Assembly (NCBI GenBank): GCA_963826685.1
Contig: CAWGYC010000016.1
Coordinates: 14,849 to 78,848, forward strand
Direction: 5' to 3'
DNA: 64,000 nt
Origin: an uncultured Chloroflexia bacterium
GTDB taxonomy: Bacteria > Chloroflexota > Anaerolineae > Aggregatilineales > Phototrophicaceae
A program made the translations under genes and the position numbers. Every line of letters begins with the position of its first letter. Position 1 is the stretch's first letter. The notes beneath the pieces were generated by a model. The model ran no database searches and was not told the DNA's origin. It worked only from the letters and a program-made list of their open reading frames with translations. Positions 9,101 to 17,583 of the stretch are shown one piece after another.

Positions 9101-11603
9101 GCCGCCGGAGCGCGGGCAGGACGAGTTTTTCGACAAGTGGAATACTGAAGCCGAAATGCCGCCCGAAGAAGAATTTTTCGAGGCGCTGGGCATGATCTCG
9201 GACGAAGACGTTCCAACGGATCAGCCCGCCGCCGGGTGGGATGATCGGGAACTGCCGCCCGAAGGCGATTTCTTCGCGGCGCTCGGCATGATCGACTCCG
9301 GCACTCCGCCCGCCGAAGGCGCGCCGCAGTCGGAATTTGGCGACATCGAGGGCTATCTGGCGTCGCTGAGCAGCGAGCAGCCGCAGGTCGAGCCGGAAAC
9401 CAATCCGATGTTCAGCCAGTCGTCGGAGGACATTGATCTCGACGCCCTGTTCTCCGAGCCGGTGATGACCGACAAGCCCGCCGCGCCGCCCTCCGGCATC
9501 GACACGACGCCGGGGATGGGCGAAGCGTGGCTGGCGGAACTGCAAGCCTCGGTCGGCGAAGTCTCGGCGAGCGCGATTGTCCGCCAAAAGGAGGATCGTC
9601 CGGTCGACGAACTGCCGGATCGCCTCAAGCGGCTGCGCCAGCGCGGTGAGACGGTCGCCGATCAAGCGTCCGCCGCGCCCGCCCCCGAAAGCGGCGCGCT
9701 CGACGACGTGCTCCCCGGCGGATCGGCGGGGTTGATGCCCGCGCCCTTCGTCGCCGGCATGACGATGCTGCAAAGCGTCGCCCTGACGGCGGATCAGCAG
9801 CAGAAGGTCGACCTGCTCAAGGCGCTGACGCCGAGCAGCAGCGTCGCGCAGGCGTCCCGCATGTCGGCGATTGAGATGACCTACGATTCGCCCTTCATGC
9901 CCGGCTTAGAAGACAGCGCCGAGAACATCGTCCAGCCGGAGCGCACGCGCGCGGCTGCGCCCGCTCGCTCGCGGCGACGGCTGCGGCTGAACCTCCGCCT
10001 CGACCGCCTCTTGATCGCGGTGGTGCTGGCGGCGGCGTTGATCGCCCCGTTCCTCGTGCCCAGCTTGCGTTTCGGCGATCTGCCGCCGCAGACCTTCCCG
10101 GCGGGCAGCGCCGCGCAAATCGCGTTTGATCAGGTCGACGCGCTCCCGGCGGGGGCGCTGGTGCTGGTCGGCATGGAGTATGAGCCGACCGCCGCCGCCG
10201 AACTCGACGGCATGACCGACGCCCTCCTGCGCCACATCATCCTGCGCGCCGCTTATCCGGTGCTGGTCGGCGGCAACCCGATTAGCATCCTGCGCGCCGA
10301 AAACCTGATCGCCTCGATCAACGCCGACAGCGATTTTCTCGCCCGCATTCACGCGCCCGGCGCGCTCGAAGCCAATCAGGATTACTACATCGTGCGCTAT
10401 CTCCCCGGCAGCGTAATCGGGCTGCGCGCGTTCAGCGCCGCCGCCCCCGACCTGCTGCTGACCGACATTCGCGGGCAGGCGACCAACTTGCGCGTGCGCT
10501 CGTTCGCCGATTTCGCCCTCGTCGCCGTCGTCACCGACCGCGCCGAAGACCTGCGCGGCTACGCCGAGCAGATCGCGCCGCTGACGCGCGCGCCGCTGAT
10601 CGCGGCGGTCAGCTACGGCGCGGCGCCGCTCGCTCAGCCCTACGCCCAAACTTTCGGTGGCGGGCTGCTGGTCGGTTATCAGGATGCCTACACCTACCGT
10701 CATGCGCTCGACACGGTGCGGGCGCGCAGCATCGCTCAGCGGATCCGCATCATCCCGACCGACACGCCGACGCCCGTCCCGACCGCGCTGCCGCCCACGA
10801 CCGCGCCGCAAGCTGCGGTGACGGCGGAGGCGACGCTCGAAGCCGCTGCCCCGCTTGGTGGGGCGACGCCCGGCGCGCCGACGCAAGTCAAGTCGCTGGG
10901 GACGGCGACCGTGATCTCCAGCCAGTCGGTCAACATGCGCGCCGGTCCCGGCACCAACAACCCCGTGATCGCGGGGGTGCCGTCGGGGACTCAGCTTGAC
11001 GTGATCGGCTTCAACCCGGATGAGACGTGGGTCAACGTCCGGCTCGACGACGGACAGACCGGCTGGATCGCGGCGACGCTGCTCGACGTGCAGCGGACGG
11101 GCGCGGCGCTGGCGCTGCCGGAACGTTACGCGAAAGTGAGTTCTCTAAAGAAATCCACGAAGATCGTGGCAGTCCGTAGGGGCGTTGTATATAACGCCCC
11201 TACAAAAACATTCGGTAAGCTATTCAAGCGCTTGGCGCAGGTGGTTGATCCCGGTCAGCCGACCCGCCAGCCGACCGATCAGCCGACGGGCGCGCCAACC
11301 GGCGAGTCGACCGTCGAGGCGGCGGCGACGGCAACCCCGACGCGGACGCCCACCCGCCGACCCACGTCGACGCCGCGCCCGACCAGCACGACGGCGGCAG
11401 CGGTGATCGAAGCGACGCCGGAAACGACCGCCGAAGCGACCTTCGAGGCGGTGGCGTTTACGCTGCCGCCGCATTCAGACGGCTATCAGGACGAGCGCTG
11501 GTATGCGCTCAATTCGGGAATTATCGCCTCGGTCTTGATCATCGGCTTCGGCACGGTGCTCAACGTCGGGCGCGGGCTGCTGCGGAGAGGGCGACGGCGT
11601 TGA
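6183..11603 (+). CDS. very large membrane protein: about 1270-aa acidic low-complexity N-terminus with tandem repeats, TM, globular domain, SH3 domain, Thr/Pro linkers, C-terminal TM
   Basis: 1808-aa ORF; D/E/P-rich N-terminus; TM LLIAVVLAAALIAPFLV; domain GALVLVGMEYEPTAAAELDGM; SH3_3-like VNMRAGPGTNNPVI...WVNVRLDDGQTGWI; terminal TM IIASVLIIGFGTVL. Confidence 0.85.
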   Translation: MTQDPKKLPAWLRKESANKKKSSPPPPAAPPPSDPPEDAANEEIPPWLREDLPEAAPPAPPSSGLRRLAPPPENGEDQGEVAPWLRGLDEPKSYSIGGTELSEEYLAGGDELAASDESELTFDLWMAEQTESKREKDIEEEVPDLLSAIEEDKSTPAPPVTGQLPDWFLGLEELDTSDAPEWFNAEAEPPTGANEPPPWISDMVEESNAPAGAPADDIASFFDSLGGSPPGSTPPSRAAADDEGEPDLNWLIDQPPLDVGNLPVDDFFAEVPDTPQDDDGTPDWFYQSGAAAPSDDDSFADQLDDFAESDAEADAEAHAIPAVEIPQNELDAFFDNLAADRAAHDSNEDTADIEEPDLAWFVDETPAESEAPGDDIPEPDLELFSEDDQNTLNWLNELGGIVSSASRSSQPYQSEAPASFADTPDDSWSLPPAPAEDLNWSNLPDDAADRAAADVAPEDDWLRDIAPDQSEEDDRPDESDTLPLSPSGLLHRSGNQPDYSAPAESEPDEVVQIDWEDSAPGAGSSEPPAAVEEPTAYEEATIDEQDDRFAQDNAEEDAAIEVDAADAESDQDDDLIPTDELHSGWLTDDLLAEAEFSDALAEPGSEAAPAEDTSEQSDDDYLQALAQDDLFGEIGSDDAPDDDFLSALGLDAADEQQPEEEADESAYEMPSTGDLYAELGMNAADEQQPEETETSDNDLFGQWNDQPEEEADEFAYEMPSTGDLYAELGMNAADEQQPEETETSDNDLFGQWNDQPEEEADESAYEMPSTGDLYAELGMNADDEQQPAETETSDNDLFGQWNDQPEEEADESAYEVPDLYSEIGMNADDEQPAEAAASDDLFGQWNDQPEEAADESAYEVPDLYSEIGMNADDEQPEETETSDDDLFGQWNDQPEEEAAPADGLFEQWSDQPDDEEAAPTDEAPAESEPEAEASAEASADFFNQWGDQPEEDKVSLEDGFYAALQARDQQPKAPPERGQDEFFDKWNTEAEMPPEEEFFEALGMISDEDVPTDQPAAGWDDRELPPEGDFFAALGMIDSGTPPAEGAPQSEFGDIEGYLASLSSEQPQVEPETNPMFSQSSEDIDLDALFSEPVMTDKPAAPPSGIDTTPGMGEAWLAELQASVGEVSASAIVRQKEDRPVDELPDRLKRLRQRGETVADQASAAPAPESGALDDVLPGGSAGLMPAPFVAGMTMLQSVALTADQQQKVDLLKALTPSSSVAQASRMSAIEMTYDSPFMPGLEDSAENIVQPERTRAAAPARSRRRLRLNLRLDRLLIAVVLAAALIAPFLVPSLRFGDLPPQTFPAGSAAQIAFDQVDALPAGALVLVGMEYEPTAAAELDGMTDALLRHIILRAAYPVLVGGNPISILRAENLIASINADSDFLARIHAPGALEANQDYYIVRYLPGSVIGLRAFSAAAPDLLLTDIRGQATNLRVRSFADFALVAVVTDRAEDLRGYAEQIAPLTRAPLIAAVSYGAAPLAQPYAQTFGGGLLVGYQDAYTYRHALDTVRARSIAQRIRIIPTDTPTPVPTALPPTTAPQAAVTAEATLEAAAPLGGATPGAPTQVKSLGTATVISSQSVNMRAGPGTNNPVIAGVPSGTQLDVIGFNPDETWVNVRLDDGQTGWIAATLLDVQRTGAALALPERYAKVSSLKKSTKIVAVRRGVVYNAPTKTFGKLFKRLAQVVDPGQPTRQPTDQPTGAPTGESTVEAAATATPTRTPTRRPTSTPRPTSTTAAAVIEATPETTAEATFEAVAFTLPPHSDGYQDERWYALNSGIIASVLIIGFGTVLNVGRGLLRRGRRR
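8157..8864 (+). repeat. intragenic coding tandem repeat: 3 x 147 bp, then 132 bp and 135 bp units
   Basis: Units start at 8157, 8304, 8451, 8598 and 8730 and encode EEEADESAYEMPSTGDLYAELGMNAADEQQPEETETSDNDLFGQWNDQP and shorter variants. Confidence 0.9.
11176..11203. repeat. family A REP palindrome in frame inside the 1808-aa CDS
   Basis: GTAGGGGCGTTGTATATAACGCCCCTAC differs by one base from the intergenic copy at 18549-18576. Confidence 0.85.
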
Positions 11604-12235
11604 GCGATCAGATCGGGCTGTGGATCGGTTTCATTCTCACCTTGATGGTGTTCAGCTACCTGCTGGGCGATAACTTCCTCTACCGGCTGGCGATTTACGT
11701 GTTCGTCGGCTTGACGGCGGGTTTTATCACCATCGTGACCGTCGAGAGCGTGCTGCTGCCTTGGATCAGCGTGACGCTCCAGAACGGCGACATGAGCGCC
11801 AAGCTGCTCGGCGCTATCCCGTTGATCCTCGGGCTGCTGCTGCTCTTTAAAGCGACGCCGCGCGGGCACGCGCTGGGCAATCTCGCCCTCGCCTTTGTGA
11901 TCGGCATCGGGACGGCGGTCGCGCTGGTCGGCGCGATCAGCGGGACGCTGCTGCCGCTCTCCAACGCGACGGCGGGGAGCGTCGGCGCGGATGCGTTGAA
12001 CGGCTTCATCCTCGTGATCGGCGTCGTCTGCACCCTGATTTACTTCCAGTACATGGCGCGGCGCGCTCCCGGCGGCGAGACCCGGCGCGGGCTGATCGCG
12101 CGGGCATTCGGCGCGGTCGGGCAGGGCTTCATCGTCGTGACGCTCGGCGCGCTCTACGGCGGTGCGATTTTGTCCGGGCTGGTCGTCTTCAGCGAGCGGA
12201 TCGCCTTTATCTTGCAGCGGATCGCCGGGGGCTAA
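11600..12235 (+). CDS. polytopic membrane protein of unknown function (211 aa)
   Basis: TTG start overlaps the upstream TGA; IGLWIGFILTLMVFSYLLGDNFLYRLAIYVFVG; about 6 TMs. Confidence 0.85.
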   Translation: MSDQIGLWIGFILTLMVFSYLLGDNFLYRLAIYVFVGLTAGFITIVTVESVLLPWISVTLQNGDMSAKLLGAIPLILGLLLLFKATPRGHALGNLALAFVIGIGTAVALVGAISGTLLPLSNATAGSVGADALNGFILVIGVVCTLIYFQYMARRAPGGETRRGLIARAFGAVGQGFIVVTLGALYGGAILSGLVVFSERIAFILQRIAGG

Positions 12236-12376
12236 CGTTATGATTCGAGTATTTACTTATCACCCGCAACCTCACCCCCTAACCCCCTCTCCATTGCATG
12301 GAGAGGGGGAAATCGCCGTTGCCAGCGGGGGTGAGGTCAAGGGGCTGGACATCCGTATCAGGACTCAGGCTCGGCT

Positions 12377-14339
12377 ATGACTGATAACTCGATCCTCGCC
12401 GTCGATTTCGGCAACATCCATACCCGCGCCCTGCTGATCGATCTGGTCGAGGGCGTCTATCGGCTCGTCGCCGTCGCCGAAGAGCGCACCACCGGCGGCT
12501 TCCCGATCTCGAACGTGGAGGCGGGCTTTCGGCGGGTCGCGGCGCAGCTTGCTGCCAATACCGGGCGGCGCTTTCTCGCCAGCGACGGCAGGGTGATCAC
12601 GCCGGAACAGCCGGATCGCTCCGGCGTGGACGTGTTCATCGCCACCGCCAGCATCGGGCGTCCACTGCGGACGGTGCTGATCGGGCTGACCCCCGGCATG
12701 AGCATCGCCAGCGCGCAGCGCGCCGCCGCCGGGACTTACGTCGAAATCGTCGACGTGATCAGCCTTGAAGACATGCGCCCGGCGCAGGATCAGATCAACA
12801 CGATCATCCTCGCCCGCCCCGACTTGATCTTCATCGTCGGCGGCACCGAGAGCGGCGCGGCTGAACCCGTCCTCAAGCTGGCGCGCTTGGTGCGGCTGGC
12901 GCTGCGCTTGCTGGGCACGCGCGCCAACGTGCTCTACGCCGGGAACAGCGACCTCGTCCCGCAGATCACCGAGTTGTTCGAGAACGTGGCGACCCTCTTT
13001 GTCGCCGATAACGTGCGCCCGACCCTCGAGGGCGAGGCGCTCGACACGGCGCAGGAGCAGCTTGCCCGCGCCTTCGACTCGTTCACCGAGCAGCGCGGCA
13101 TGGGCTTTGACGAGATCAGCTACATGTCGCGCGTCGGCGTGCTGCCGACCGCCCAGAGCTATCACGCCATCGTCAGCTATCTGGGCAAGACGGCAGGGCA
13201 GGGCGGTGTGCTGGCGCTGGACGTCGGCAGCGCCGTGAGCACGCTCTCCGCCTCGGTCAACGGGCACACGGCGACCAGCATCCGCACCGATCTGGGCTTG
13301 GGGCACAGCGCCCGCAGCGTGATCGACGCGGTCGGGATCGAGGCGGTGCGGGCATGGCTGCCCTACTTCGCCGACGACAACGAAATCCTCAGCTACGCGC
13401 TCAACAAGACCGTCTATCCCGGCAGCATCCCGGAGACCCAGCGGGCGCTCTACCTCGAACATGCGCTGCTGCGCGCCGCCTTGATCGGCTTGCTGCGCGC
13501 CGCCCGCCCGACGTGGACGCCCGATCAGGCGCTCGACGATCTGAGCGAAGCGCTGCCTTATTTCGAGCGGATCATCGGCGCGGGCGCGGGACTGACCGGG
13601 ACGGGGCAGCCCGCCATGACGGCGATGCTGCTGCTCGACGTCTTGCAGCCGGTCGGCGTGGTCGACTTACAAGTCGACTCAACCGCGCTGATCCCGGCGC
13701 TGGGGGCGCTGGCGCGCATCAACGCCGAGGCGGTCGTGCAGGTACTCGACGCCAGCGGCTTGGAACATCTCTGCACGACGGTCAATCTCTCCGGCAGCCC
13801 GCGTAAAGGCAAACCGGCGCTCCACGTCAGCATCACCAGCATCGAGTTCGGGCGAGACTGAGAAATTCACCGTGCCCGGCGGCGAGTTGTGGGTTTACCC
13901 GCTCTCGCACGGCGTCCCGGCGCGGGTGCGGATTTCGGTGGTCGGGCGCGGCTTGAGCATCGACGGCAAGCGCCGCCTCAAGCTTGACTTCGACGGCGGT
14001 ACGGCGGGCTTGATCATCGACGCGCGCGGGCGTCCGCTGCCGCTGGCGACCAACCTCAAGGCGCTCTCGGTGCAGATTCCCGAATGGTACGCGCAGGTCA
14101 CCGGCGACCCGATCTACAACGTGCCGACCGAGTGGCTGATGCCGCCGGTCGTCGAGCCGGACATTGCTTCGGTGACGGATCGGCGCTCGGCGCAGCGTGA
14201 TAACGTGTACTCGGTGCTCAACCAAAGCCAACGCGCCCCCGCGCGCCGGAGCAGCGGGCGGCTGTTCGGGCGGCGCGTCAACCAGACCGCCGACGCAGAA
14301 GAAGGCGAGGACGATGACTTCCCCACTCTACTACCCTGA
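12377..14339 (+). CDS. glutamate mutase L (GlmL/MutL)-like ASKHA ATPase, split by an apparent +1 frameshift at about 13847
   Basis: ILAVDFGNIHTR and VLALDVGSAVS phosphate-loop motifs. Removing one T from GAGTTCGGG joins 12377..13861 to 13872..14339 (…IESGETEKFTVPGGELW…GLIIDARGRPL), giving about 653 aa. Confidence 0.75.
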
Positions 14340-15402
14340 GCAGCGTCATCTGCTGCCGAAGTCAACCATCCGCCGCCAGCGGATGCTGCCCGACTTTTCC
14401 AGCGGCGAGACGACCGTCAACACCGGGGCGCGCGTCTCGCTGCACGATACCGTCGCGCGCGGGTCGTCGCCCGCGCCCTACGTCCTGATCGACGCGCTCG
14501 GCTTCTTCAAGCTGAAAGACCCCGACGGCATTTACGACCTGCTCGAAGTCCGCGTTGGCGATCAAGTCAGCGAGGGCGACGTGATCGCCGGGCATGGCGG
14601 GCGGCGGGGCAAGCGCCTGCTCGCGCCGGTGACCGGGCGGGTTGTCGAAATCGATCAGGGGCGCATCATTTTGCAGGAACTCGCGCCCTTCCTTGAGTTG
14701 GAGGCGGGCTTGAACGGCAGCGTCGTCGGCGTCGAGCGGGCGCGCGGCGTCGTGATCGAGGCATTCGGGGCGGTGCTGCAAGGCGTGTGGGGCAACAACC
14801 GCCGTGCCATCGGCACGCTGCGCACCGAGCCGTCCGACGGCATGGAGAACATCTACGGCGACGTGATCGACACCCAGTTTCGCGGCGCGCTGGTCATCAC
14901 GCGGCGTCCGCTGCGGAAGGTCACGCTGCAAGTGATCGAGGATCAGGCGTTCAGCGGCGTGATCGCGCCCAGCATTGAGCCGGACTTGATCGGCGCGGTG
15001 CTCGATCTTCACGCCGCAGTGGTCTTGACTGAGGGCTTCGGCTCGGAGCGGATGAGCACGGTGATCGCCCAATTTTTGGATGAAATGAATGGACGTCAAG
15101 CCATGATCGACGCGGTGCTGCCCGCGCCGCTGGAGACGCGCCGCCCGGAAGTGATCATCAGCGTGCCGCTCGAACCGGGCGAGCGCCCGCCGCCGCCCAA
15201 CCTCAACCTGTCGCTGAAACTGGGGATGGACGTTCGTTTGACGCGCGGCAGCTTCGGCGGGATGATCGGGCACGTCATCAGCTTGCCAAACGATCCCGTT
15301 TCATTAGACAATGGATTGCGTGTCGCCTGTGCGCAGGTGGAATTTGTCACCGGAGAGAGCGCTTTTGTACCACTGGCGAACATTGAGGTTTCTGGGTCAT
15401 AA
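14314..15402 (+). CDS. conserved hypothetical protein with barrel-sandwich/lipoyl-like hairpins
   Basis: EVRVGDQVSEGDVIA and LAPVTGRVVEID are typical barrel-sandwich hybrid segments; start overlaps the upstream gene end. Confidence 0.75.
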   Translation: MTSPLYYPEQRHLLPKSTIRRQRMLPDFSSGETTVNTGARVSLHDTVARGSSPAPYVLIDALGFFKLKDPDGIYDLLEVRVGDQVSEGDVIAGHGGRRGKRLLAPVTGRVVEIDQGRIILQELAPFLELEAGLNGSVVGVERARGVVIEAFGAVLQGVWGNNRRAIGTLRTEPSDGMENIYGDVIDTQFRGALVITRRPLRKVTLQVIEDQAFSGVIAPSIEPDLIGAVLDLHAAVVLTEGFGSERMSTVIAQFLDEMNGRQAMIDAVLPAPLETRRPEVIISVPLEPGERPPPPNLNLSLKLGMDVRLTRGSFGGMIGHVISLPNDPVSLDNGLRVACAQVEFVTGESAFVPLANIEVSGS

Positions 15403-15412
15403 TGTAGCAGTA

Positions 15413-15534
15413 ATTAGCTGTTAGCGATCAGCCATCAGCTAAACCGAATACAGGCGTTATCGAGTAATCGGCGTCTGTATCCAAGCCGGAAGTTACTTAA
15501 TTTTTTAGCTGAAAGCTGACCGCTGAAAGCTAAT
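15413..15534. repeat. inverted pair of 7-bp-periodic (TCAGC/TTAGC) repeats
   Basis: 15413-15441 versus the reverse complement of 15506-15534: 24/29 matches by eye. Confidence 0.7.
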
Positions 15535-15574
15535 CACTTGCTGGAATTGCGACCGCACCAGTTAGGGGGAACGA

Positions 15575-17290
15575 ATGAGCGATAGAAACGACTTCGATTT
15601 CGAAGACGATTTTCTAAGTGACGATAACGAGCCATTTGACTTCGACGACGAAGAAGGGTTCCCGTCTGGACTGGGCGATGAGTTCGAGACCGACATGCCC
15701 GAAATCGAGGAAGAGGGCGACGAGCGCGGTCCTAACCGCACCTTCGTCTTCCTCGCCGGGATCATGATCCTGCTGTTCGTGGTCGCGCTGGTCGCGGTGC
15801 TCTACCTTGCGACCCGCCCGCAAGCGCCTGACCCGATTGCGATGACCAGTCAGGCGGTCGTGGAATACAACGCCACCATCGAGTTTTACGCGGCGCAGAC
15901 CTCGACCCAGAACGCGCTCAATTTCTCGCTGACCCAAACTGCCGCTGCATGGACGCCGACGCCGGTGCCGACGCTCTCGCCGACGCCCTCCGAGCCGCCG
16001 CCGACTGAAACGCTGCAGCCGACCGACGACCTGACCCAGACCATGAACGCGGTGCTGGCGATGGGTGCTTTAACCCAGACGGCTATCGCCGGGCGCGCCA
16101 CCGTCACGCCGACGCCCAGCGTAGCGACCGAGGCGGCGGTGGTCGCCCCGACCGAGCCGCCGACCGCTGCGCCGCCCGTCCTCGATCTTCAGAGCGCTTT
16201 CGCGACCCAAGTCGCCTTTGCGACCCAGCAGGGGCAGTTCGATCAAGCCTCGTTCTCGACTCGCGTCGCCGCCGCGACCCAAATCGCCGGTTCGCTGATG
16301 GACTCGCAGGCGGAAGTGGACTTGCGCAATCATCTGGAAAGCACTCAATCGGCGCTGGTCAACCAGTCAGCAGCGGTCGCGACGGCGATCACCTTCATCG
16401 ACAACGAACTGCAAGCGCGCGGCATCGACAACCTCGCGCTGGGGACGGCGCTCGCCGAAGTCATCCCGGCAGGCTTGGGAACCCAAGCCGCGCTGGGGAC
16501 GCCGCAGGCGATTGCCACCGTCTCCGCCCGCCAGACGCAGAGCGCGCTGGGCACGCTCAGCGCCGACTTGAACCGCAACGTGACGCCGGGCGCGTTTGTC
16601 CCGCGCGACAGCGTCAACGCCAAACTGATGCAAGCCGGACAGCCCCGTGCTGATCAAGCGACGCAGGTGGCGATGCTGCCGGTCAATCAGGGAGCGAACG
16701 AAACGGCGACGGCGGCGGTACTGGCGACCCGCGAGAGCTTCGCGACACAGGCGGCGGTTGCCACCTACGGCGCGCTGGCGACGCAGGCAGCCGTAGCGAC
16801 TCAGCAGGCGTTCATGACCCCGCCGGTCTTTGCGACCCAAGCCGCCATCGCCACGCAGGTCGCGCTGGCGACCCGGCAGGCGTTGATCGACATGGCGCTC
16901 GGCATCGTGGCGACGCCCACCGCCGGCGTCAACAACATCAACCTGACCGCGACCGCCATCGCCAACGCTTTCCTCGCCGCGACTCAGCAGGCGTTCACGC
17001 CCGGCGCGGCGACCACCACCCTGACGCCGATTGCTGCTCAAGCCTTCCCGACCGCCGCCAGCGGACTGCCCGAAACCGGCATCTTTGACGACGTGGTCGG
17101 CGGAGGGCGCAACGGGATCGGCGTGCTGGCGCTGGCAGTGTTCGGCTTAGTCGGCGTGATCGTCGTGTCGCGCCGCTTGCGGACGGTCAACGACCGCGCC
17201 GCCGCGCACGAAGAAGTCGCCGCCGCCGCGCCGCCGGACGCGCCAGAAGCGCAGCCCGATCAGCCGCAAGACCCTCCGGCTGACGCATAA
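15575..17290 (+). CDS. Thr/Ala/Gln-rich surface protein with N-terminal TM anchor and C-terminal LPETG sorting-like signal
   Basis: Acidic N-terminus, TM (FVFLAGIMILLFVVALVAVLYL), ATQ-rich repeats, LPETG at 17066-17080, then a hydrophobic segment and SRRLR. Confidence 0.8.
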   Translation: MSDRNDFDFEDDFLSDDNEPFDFDDEEGFPSGLGDEFETDMPEIEEEGDERGPNRTFVFLAGIMILLFVVALVAVLYLATRPQAPDPIAMTSQAVVEYNATIEFYAAQTSTQNALNFSLTQTAAAWTPTPVPTLSPTPSEPPPTETLQPTDDLTQTMNAVLAMGALTQTAIAGRATVTPTPSVATEAAVVAPTEPPTAAPPVLDLQSAFATQVAFATQQGQFDQASFSTRVAAATQIAGSLMDSQAEVDLRNHLESTQSALVNQSAAVATAITFIDNELQARGIDNLALGTALAEVIPAGLGTQAALGTPQAIATVSARQTQSALGTLSADLNRNVTPGAFVPRDSVNAKLMQAGQPRADQATQVAMLPVNQGANETATAAVLATRESFATQAAVATYGALATQAAVATQQAFMTPPVFATQAAIATQVALATRQALIDMALGIVATPTAGVNNINLTATAIANAFLAATQQAFTPGAATTTLTPIAAQAFPTAASGLPETGIFDDVVGGGRNGIGVLALAVFGLVGVIVVSRRLRTVNDRAAAHEEVAAAAPPDAPEAQPDQPQDPPADA

Positions 17291-17299
17291 CAAATCCTG

Positions 17300-17340
17300 A
17301 CCTCACCCCTAAATCCCCTCTCCATTGCATGGAGAGGGGA
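17300..17340. repeat. family B REP with TAAAT spacer (empty MITE target site)
   Basis: ACCTCACCCCTAAATCCCCTCTCCATTGCATGGAGAGGGG matches the reconstructed pre-insertion site of MITE-1. Confidence 0.8.
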
Positions 17341-17583
17341 CTTCATAACGCTTTTAGTAACGAATAGCTTTTCACCCCTCACCCCCGCCCGCTCTCCCGC
17401 GCAAGCGGGGAGAGGGGAGAACACCCCGGATCGAGGGAGAAACAAACCTAAATCCTAAAAACTGTCGCGCTCCTAGACGGAGTGAAGAGGGGGCGGGGGT
17501 GAGGTTTTTAACCCTCGTTTGATGATCGGCTGTGGTATAACTATTGCAATCGACCTGTCGGTCAATCGAGAGTCTTACTCCTT

